The notes beneath the pieces are model-generated. The model had not been told where the DNA came from. It did no database searches and saw only the letters and a program-made list of their open reading frames with translations. 64,000 nt of DNA from Octopus vulgaris (lineage: Eukaryota), in the NCBI GenBank assembly GCA_951406725.2, contig OX597816.1, positions 81,158,001 through 81,222,000 on the forward strand, given 5' to 3'. A program made the translations under genes and the position numbers. This document shows, piece after piece, positions 55,327 to 64,000 of the stretch; position 1 is the first letter of the stretch, and each line of letters begins with the position of its first letter.

Positions 55327-58295
55327 TCTCCGAAAGACCGTTCTTGTTTGGAATAACTTAATCCTTTACATTACCAGGCTCATGGGTGATTTCAACGGAG
55401 TTTGCTCTGTCACAGATACCCTTGGTAAGTCTCCTATCAGAGAATTAAGTTTTCCCAGCTACGATGTTCAGAAGCTATAGATTGCATCACTGGCACTGTA
55501 CTTTCTCCTCTGGATAAACATTGAAAGTCTTTCTTATAAATAGAAACACGTTCTTCAAACTCTTATAATGAATACTATTTTAAAATTATGATAAATATAA
55601 TTTTCAATAATCATTATACACACCACACATGCATACATTCATATATATATATATAAACACATACACGCACTCACGCTTGGATGTATGCGTTCTTAAATAT
55701 ATTATATATATTTTAATATATATATATATAATCTTTCTTCATATATATACTAACCACATTTTCTCATATATACCTTGAATTTCTCTATAATATAAGCAGA
55801 GCACGATTTCGCTAATCGAGTACTCTTGAGTCCGGGATACTAACAGATCATCAAAACTACCAATGTATTGAGAACTCAGTTTTAGAAAGAAAAAAAAAGC
55901 TGGTATAATCAGATTATCAAATAGATGACTCTAGTCTTCATTACACTCGATATCTGCCGGTCGCTTTTCACTTGAATGATTAAGTTCTCGAATTCCATGT
56001 CGTACTTTAAAACCCCTAAATCACCAAAAAATAAACACACAATTCTACGCAATACCCATATCTTTATGTAATTGCTTGGCGATTTCAACGACCATTGGCT
56101 TTGAAATTGGTTTATTCTTGGATCACTTTGCAAGAAATCACTTAAATAACACTGTATCGACTTTTGAAAGTTTATATTTTATTTATTATTATTATTTTCT
56201 TTTTGTAACGTTTGTCACACATCAACACTTCTAATTACCTTTCATTCAGACATAAATTACATTCACATAACCTTTAGTTTCTCAATGTCACAAAAAGGGT
56301 GAACTACATATGTTCATGTTGAATTGCATTTCGGTTTTCACCTCAGCTCGATCGTTGTGTGATTTCAATCTCTGAATGCAATATGAGAGTTACATGCTTT
56401 CTTTTCACACCTTTCTTTCCAAATTAGTCAATCTTCCTAACATCGGAAGACCTCTACACTAATGGATGGACAATATATAAGTTGATAAAAGCTGATGCAA
56501 AACATTTAGGCGATGATGTCTGCTGTTTTCAACTTTATTGTAGACAATGACAGGCTGACCTCAGCGCCCAGTGATGGTGCTTAGGCAAAAAATTTGGAAA
56601 AGCAAACAGAGAAAAATAGGGTTAGACCCGACAATTGGGTCTACCGCACTATTTGATACTGATTAATGAAATTTTACAGCGTGTGTGTGTGTGTATGTGT
56701 GTGTGCATACAGAAATGGATAGATAGCAATGCATGTATTTATGCACGATGTGTCTGTTCAAACGCCCCTCTATATTTTAAACATATACACACACATGCAC
56801 ATTTCCTACGCGCGCGCACGCATGAGGAGAGTTTGCGTCTGTTAGAGTAGAGAAAATGCACGAGTATGAAATTCCAAAAGGCTAAACTTGAACTTCCGGT
56901 CATCTGCGAAGAGTTACTGGCGGCCAGCGGTGACAAGTTTACTTCGCAAAAGCTAATTCTTGCTCGCTATCAAAACCACTCAGATAAAATGCTTCAGATA
57001 TTATTTCAGAAAGTTTCGATGTGAAGTAGAGGAGTCTATACAGACAGATATACATAGATAGAGAGATGTGTGCATGTGTGAGTGAGAGAGAGCGTGAGTG
57101 AGTGAGTGGATGAGGGAAGGCGGGGAGCATGTCTAAACATACAGAATACAAAGATGCATGAACTATGGAACCGTACAAACTACTAGGACACGCACTATTT
57201 TGCTTTCAAATTGCGTGGTTTTCAAAAGTATTTGCGTATGTTTAGATATACACATACACATATAAGTGCATGTATGTGCATGAACGTATATACGTACATA
57301 CATTTATGGCACTAACTATATATGTAATGTATACGCATGAGATATTAAGGCGCATATCATTTGACTATCAGAATCAGGATAACACGCCATTCTTCGTGAA
57401 TATAGATGACAAGAGCAAGAACAGGGGAAATTATGGAAACTCATTAATTCCATCTCTTATTCATACACATAGCATTTATGTATAAAATTACTGCCACACA
57501 CACGCACACGTGTGCATATATTGGTTGTATATATGCAATCTCTCTCTCTCTCTCCTCTCCCTCTTCTTATATATATATATATATCATAGTATCGACCTGA
57601 CTATCGGATGTTCTACACTGCTGGTTACAATGCAAAGCGCATTGTTTTAACTATCGAATGATGTCACCCAGCTTGCTAGGGCAGGTAGGCCAATATGTAT
57701 ATATCAGCATATCTATATTTATATATGTATGTGTGTACATACGTATGAATACATGTACAGATAGTTATTTATGAGTGTGCATATATCGTATGCACACTCA
57801 TAAATAAGTTTATATTCACACACAGTTATATACATGTGAGAGGGGGAAATGTATTTATATAAAGTAATCAGTATAAGAGTACATGTCCCATAAGTAAGGT
57901 AACATTTAACATTGAAATGTAATTAAGAATTTGCGTAACCTGTGTTCTCCTAAGTTAAAGGTGGGGTGTATTTTAATCAAAGCCATTCTACCTATGTATA
58001 TATGATTATGTGCTGTGTTTATGGATGACTGTTTAAATTTGTGTATGTGCATTACTATGTATAAATATGTATAAAATGCATTTGAGTATAAATTTATGCA
58101 AATGTATGTGCTTGTAATCGTAACTCGCCAAACAGCGTACAGTTTATCGGTATATGTGTTTAATACGCATTATCTACTACATCTAAAGAATACATATGAA
58201 TGTTTTATGTATATTTAGGTGAGATTCTCTTTTATGTGTCAGTGTGTGGACGCACGTCTCTACAGTTACATTTCTGAGCATATGCATGTTTGTGT

Positions 58296-58326
<31 letters not shown>

Positions 58327-58619
58327 TACAAATCTACATACATAAATATATTCACCAACTTGGAGATGGATTGGTAGATATCTAAATTATACCTATAAGG
58401 TGTGCGCGCGTGTATACGTGCGTTTAATATATAAAATTCAGTACGTGTGAATGCGTGTGTATAAACATAACTTCACAGTTTATAGTATAAATATATATAT
58501 ATATATATATATATACATAGATGATGTTCAGAGATAATTATATATACACGTACATATCTGACAGGAATATGACACACTCGCACATAAGCATGCGCGAACT
58601 AACACACAGTCATAGAAAT

Positions 58620-58668
<49 letters not shown>

Positions 58669-59244
58669 GGAAATACAACAAGGAAATACAACAATTCTCC
58701 TAATTGTCTCAATGAATCCAATTACTGACAGTGAAGAAATGGTGCAAACAATACAAAAGACAAAGGATTGCTCTCGCACATATCTGCAAATGCACACTAC
58801 ACTTTTATTGTCTTCCAGAACATTACTCTTTATAGTCGCCTGATTTTAGAGTCATTGTGACTGTTTGTGCAGCAAATATGCAGGCAACCATGTAGCATCA
58901 CATCTAGATATGCACGCATGCATGTTACGTTACTATATCGCTCTCGACGTATATGTGAAATATGTGTGTGGAATATCAAGTTTACGTACATTCTTGCATA
59001 TATATGCGCACATACATGTGTATATTATATATATGTATATAAATATATATATATATATATATATTTATATACATATATATGTATATGCACATTATCCACA
59101 CACACAGACACAAACACATTATATATATATATTATACATAAAGTGTTTGTGTGTGTGTGTATAGTGTGTATATACATATATATGTATATGTGTGTGTGCG
59201 TGTGTGTGTGTGTGTGTGTAAACCCATATATACACACACATATA

Positions 59245-60480
59245 AACTTTTATATGTTTCGGTCTAAAGACTGTAGCCATGCAGGGGCACCGCCGGTATT
59301 ATCACCTTTTCAATGGTCATTCCTACGTCATTGGCTTTCGGTTAATAAGGGAGTTTCATACTGTTATCCTCTGGGAACTTGGACAGCACAAGGTCAAAAT
59401 GCTTTCAAGAAATACCTAACCCTTCCCCCATTCTATGCATATTTTTCAGGTTTCTTTTTTTTTTGCGTGATATTTCATAGCTATGGACCTTTGAATGTCA
59501 AGCTATTGCAGTATCTGGTCCTTATTCTACACGGGATGGGTAAGATTTTTGGAACAGTGCAACTGAGTTGTGTTCGGAGGCTGGTATAATTTTAGGTACC
59601 ACAGTTTGGCACCATCCCTCCCAGATATTCCATATCTATATCTCCACATATCTCCCCCGCTTTCGAGCCAAGAAGTAGAGTTACTATGTTTTCAGTCTCT
59701 CCCAGTAGCTCAAGTAAGTTATTTACGCAATCTTCTAGCTGCAGCGCCACTAACCTGCCTTGTGTTTTGCTAGTAAATTGATCATAGTTGAGAGCAGTAG
59801 TCCAGAAGGCTGAGGACAATGTCCTCCAGAGAACCAGCATACTTTTCTGGCCTCTTGTTCTGAAAGTTCTAAGAAACCATTCGGTCATTCACCTGCACAG
59901 TACTACCATCTAGGTAATATTACATGAAACGATGCATCGTTTCTCGTATCAATCCCCAGGTCCCGTACTCTTTGACACTGGAATTGCCACTTTCTTCTGT
60001 TCAATGTTTGAGTTCATTTTCAATCTCAAGAAGTGCTCGCTTGAGAAAAGATTCTTTACCATCCTTTAGTGACCAATTTAGACGATTTTGAAACCTTTAA
60101 TCTTCGTCTCATTACAATTTTATTATCTCTGGGAATTATTTTTCTGTTGAGCAAATTTACTGCATATATCTTGCTTGATTGTCATAAAGTTCTGTAGCTT
60201 TATGTCAATATCCTGCATAGAGAGAATGGCAGACCAGTTTTGTTCCCCGATGGATTTCTTTCTAAATGCCTTTCCAATTAGGTACAAGAATGTTCAGGTT
60301 GCATATCTGCAGTTTTTTATCGGCTAGTTCTAAATAATTTATGGTCATGAAAATCCTTGGTGTCACATTAACATTGTGGATGAGCACCACATTATTTGTG
60401 AAGGAGAGATGCAAGACATTTTGAACATTTGTTGGGTGGAGCACCATTTGCTCCAAAAATATCATGTTTGTACTCTGCTT
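59245..60480 (-). mobile_element. CR1-group (CR1/L2/Crack-like) LINE remnant with internal deletion
   Basis: APE C-terminal motif FLEQMVLHPTNVQNVLHLSFTNN..NVNVTP (60262-60465), then VRDLGID..NDASFH, WFLRTFRTR, VLSLLDYCSQL*S, SYWERLK..LY.L.RKRGRY, GMVPNCG, RYCNSLTFKGP, then the 3' tail. Confidence 0.85.
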
Positions 60481-60534
60481 CCGTGTGGAAAAAGGAACCG
60501 AGAAACTCTAAGTACTAGCGTAGACAGTTATTAT

Positions 60535-60720
60535 ATAGGTTAGTCCACATTATTCCGTAAGAAGCATAGAGCCGGTTTCCCAGTTCCTCTGGCATGTATG
60601 TTCTTCCCTGGAGCAATATGAAATGAATGTTTTACTCAAGTACACAACGGATCGCTCGGTCCAGGAATTGAAACTACCATCTTAAGATCATTAGAACAAC
60701 ACCCAAGCCACATGTGCTTG
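60535..60720 (-). mobile_element. Another tRNA-derived SINE (single copy here)
   Basis: Reverse complement GTGGCTTGGGTGTTG..GGTAGTTTCAATTCCTGGACCG..GTTGTGTACTTGAGTAAAACATTCATTTCA has a B-box-like and a CORE/V-like segment. Identification is partly from recall. Confidence 0.55.
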
Positions 60721-60821
60721 GGTGTTGTATATATGCATGTATATATATATATGCATGTATGTAAATATATATATTTTTTTATATATGCATGTATGTAAAT
60801 ATATATATAACTGTCTGCGCT

Positions 60822-60824
<3 letters not shown>

Positions 60825-60913
<89 letters not shown>
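60825..60913. repeat. (CA)n microsatellite
   Basis: Directly visible. Confidence 0.95.
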
Positions 60914-60915
<2 letters not shown>

Positions 60916-61744
60916 ACTGTTACTTGACTCAGGTATTCGACTATGTTTTGAATCGATACTGTGAGTTGTTCTCCGAGTACTTAGAGCTAGGTTTCTAATA
61001 TATATCGTAAATAAATGAAAATAATGGTTCGGGAGAAGTAGGAATGAAAATAATGTGAAAGCTCATATATCGAAAGCCATTTATCTAATTCCTTTATCAA
61101 AAATATGTGATCATAATGGATCCAAATAAGTGCCAAACTGCCAGAATGTATCGAATGGGAAGAAACAGCCAAAAGATGAAATATGAGATATGAACAAACG
61201 CACGAGAAATGTAATTGACAATGAAGATTTTAAACGAATGAAAAAAAATTTCTTTAAAATAGTTACTCAAATCTGCAATTAGAATACCGCACTGTTTTTA
61301 CTTAACTCTAGTTTTTAAATATCACTTTTATATGTTCTTGATAATTTTAAAAATATCTTATGTAAATTAATTTTAGCTTTTATTTTTTTGTTACATATTT
61401 AAATCGTATATTACCATTTAAATTCTGCTCATGTCATTTTATGTGTTTCTTTTGCTGTGTTCCGTAGATTACAGGATAGAAACTGAACAAAATAAAGAAG
61501 TTACATGCATGTACGGATTTTATTTTAATTTTAATTTCATTTACTTTTTGACACGCCTTTCGAATTTTCATTATTCGCACATTTAGATACCAACGGGAGG
61601 AGAAAATTTTATTCCTTAAAGCCAGTTCAATACCTTGTTTAAGCACCATTTAATAACTTGGTGGCATTCTGAAGCAGACACTGACGACAAATAGTTCTAG
61701 CGATAAATTGATGTGGCAATGAACTGACCAGCGATAAATTGACC

Positions 61745-61800
<56 letters not shown>

Positions 61801-62839
61801 CACACACGCACACACACGCACTTATACATACAGACGGGTAGGCATACGTGTATGTTTGTGTGTATCTATGCACGGATAGTATAAACTACAGCTGGTATTA
61901 CTTTAAATAATAGATTTAGTTTCAAATAAGACAGTCTAATATTAGTCATGGGCATCTTGCGATCAGCGGGATTTTCTGAATGACACACCTAAACGAAAAA
62001 CCCGCCTGATGATCATCCATATCTCTTGATGACCGCTTCGCGAAAAAAAATTGCTCGAATGTGGTTTATAGTGGAAACTAGATTAACTCTTGTTAATTTA
62101 TATTTGCCGTAATCAGAATTGATTTAAATTTCAAAAAAACAAACCAGTTATGATGGTGGTGATCAGCCTCATCAGTATCGAATATAAGAAGACATTAAAG
62201 AGGTACTTTGTACTTTTTTTTTTTTTAGTTGTTTGTCATTTTTTTTTTCACTCTGAATTCCTATCTGCTGTTTTCCTAAATGCCACCAGATTATGTAAGC
62301 GAAATTTTACTCACAAACACAAAATCGTGCTTGTATCTCTGGGGATGTGCACATCTATTATATATCAGAATTTATAAGTGGAGTTTATTTATTTTCTCAC
62401 GGCTTACGTTTCATCTGTCACTTCAGTTGCACAAACTCAGTACACAAAGTCAGGCACGAGCACAGACACGCACATTGTGTGTGTGTGTCTGATTTTGTTA
62501 TGGGAGTTCATAAGAATCAAGGCACACCATCTCGATGGATGTCAGAAATGGCTAGCGATAACATAAAGCTCAAAGTGAAGTAAACAACATTGAAGACATC
62601 AAGTGTTGATAGGATACCGTAGATACGCAAGTAGCAAATCCAATTTATACGATAGATCCGACTGAGGGATGAGACCATTAGTTTGTTACGTACAGGTTGT
62701 TTCAAATCTTACCTGTTTAAAATTTTGTCAGATGATATTGGATTATATTTAATGATGTAATTTTTTTAATAAATTAAATAAATAAAATTTTAACGAAGCA
62801 GCCGTCGTAAATTTTAAACGATATTTGTGCTTGCTTCAT

Positions 62840-63113
62840 ATTCTTTTATTCTTTTATTTATTTCAGTCATGTTGCTGTGGCCATGCTGGAGCACCACCTT
62901 TAGTCGAGCAAATCGACCCCAGGACATATTCTTTGTAAGCCTAGTGCGTATTCTATCGGTCTCTTTTGCCGAACCGCTAAGTTACGGGAACGTAAACACA
63001 ACAACATCGGTTGCCATGCGATGTTGGGAGGACAAATATAGACATACAATACATATACATATATATGATGGGCTTCTTTCAGTTTCCGTCTACCAAATCC
63101 ACTCACAAGGCTT
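62840..63113 (-). mobile_element. SINE family A, 5'-truncated
   Basis: TTTCAGTCATG..GGCCATGCTGGAGCACCACCTTTAGTCGAGCAAATCGACCCCAGGAC..CCACTCACAAGGCTTT. Confidence 0.9.
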
Positions 63114-63724
63114 TTGTCTCTCCTTAGGGCTATCTTTTGTTTAAAAATCCTACTTTTTTTCATATTTAGGGAGGGTCATTATGCCAATAATTATAAATAC
63201 ACTTGTTCAGTTTTACACCTTAGAGGAGTGAAACTGAACCAGATCATGTTTATTGCTGTTATTGGCATAATGACCCTCTGTAGATACAAGTTCTGTTGCA
63301 AACAAAATACAAACACCAAGTAAAAATCCTAACTTGGAAAATGTATTGTTGTGTCGTTCAAATTGTTCAAACTGATGTTTGTTTTTCACTGATAAAATTT
63401 TATTTTATCGCGTGCAACGCGTAAACTTTGCCGTGACATCACATTGAAAATTACCCTCCACCCCGCCTTTACTGCATATTTATATTCATATTCACTTTTT
63501 TGATGGGGTGTTTCTCTCCGGAAATGTCATCTTCGAAAAATGACAAAAAGTAGACATCCAACGCATTCCAGAATATTTTCTTTAGAAATTTATCTCGAAT
63601 GAAATGTTTTTCTTTAGTTGTGCTAGGTCAAAATTCCCAAACTCTTTGAGCAAGCTGAAGTCACTTCCACTCACAGCAACATTTTATAATGGTAATGACT
63701 GCAATAACAATATTAATAATTGCT

Positions 63725-64000
63725 CCTAATTTAGGCACATTTCTAGGGGAAGGGTCGAGTCGACCCAGAACTTGACCAGCACTTCATTTTATCCATTTCA
63801 AAAGAAGAAAAGCAAAGTTACACGGTGAGATTTTGAACTGAGAATGTAAATGTCAGAACAAATGTAGCAAGGCACTTTCTTCGATGCTAAAACTATTCGG
63901 CCAGCTCGTGACGATAATAATCCTTTCTACTAAAGGCGGAAGGCTGAAATTTGGTGGGAGGAGCTAGTCAATTACATCACCACCAGGGCTCAACTGGTAC
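63725..64000 (-). mobile_element. Two tandem SINE B copies (second runs off the window)
   Basis: TAGGCAC..GTCGACCCAG..TTTGAACTGAGAATG..GCCAGCTCG, then TCCTTTCTACTAAAGGC..GAAATTTGG..CTCAACTGGTAC. Confidence 0.75.

Noticed and set aside
59481-59539. Exon-like segment (CATAG|..TGG|GTAAGA)
   Set aside because: Lies within the antisense strand of the LINE remnant; at most a cryptic exon.
58867-59589. 240-aa ORF
   Set aside because: Made of (TA)/(CA) microsatellite plus the antisense strand of the LINE remnant.
60508-60527. CTAAGTACTAG resembles the 5' end of miR-252
   Set aside because: The 3' half does not match and no hairpin partner is visible.
61969-61999. Hammerhead-like CTGAATGA..GAAA
   Set aside because: Core has an extra base and stem II cannot form.

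Overview
AT-rich, microsatellite-dense eukaryotic DNA, probably a large intron or intergenic region of a coleoid cephalopod, most likely Octopus. The organism call is an inference from recalled SINE sequences and simple-repeat density, not a database result. I find no credible intact protein-coding gene; almost all track ORFs are translations of simple repeats or SINEs. The window holds: many copies of at least three dispersed SINE-like families (called A, B, C here); decayed transposons (a CR1-group LINE, a Penelope-like GIY-YIG fragment, a DD41D/rosa-like Tc1-mariner transposase, mariner MITEs, a possible Helitron 3' end); simple repeats and a 21-bp minisatellite; and three candidate small + strand exons of an unidentified host transcript. 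Two observations stand out. The CR1-group LINE ends in the same ~45-nt tail as SINE family A, making it a probable partner LINE. Two candidate exons have stem-loops at their splice donors, one of which fully masks the donor with a U1-like ACTTACCC. I see no firm evidence for a wholly new biological system. Repeat boundaries were read by eye and are approximate.
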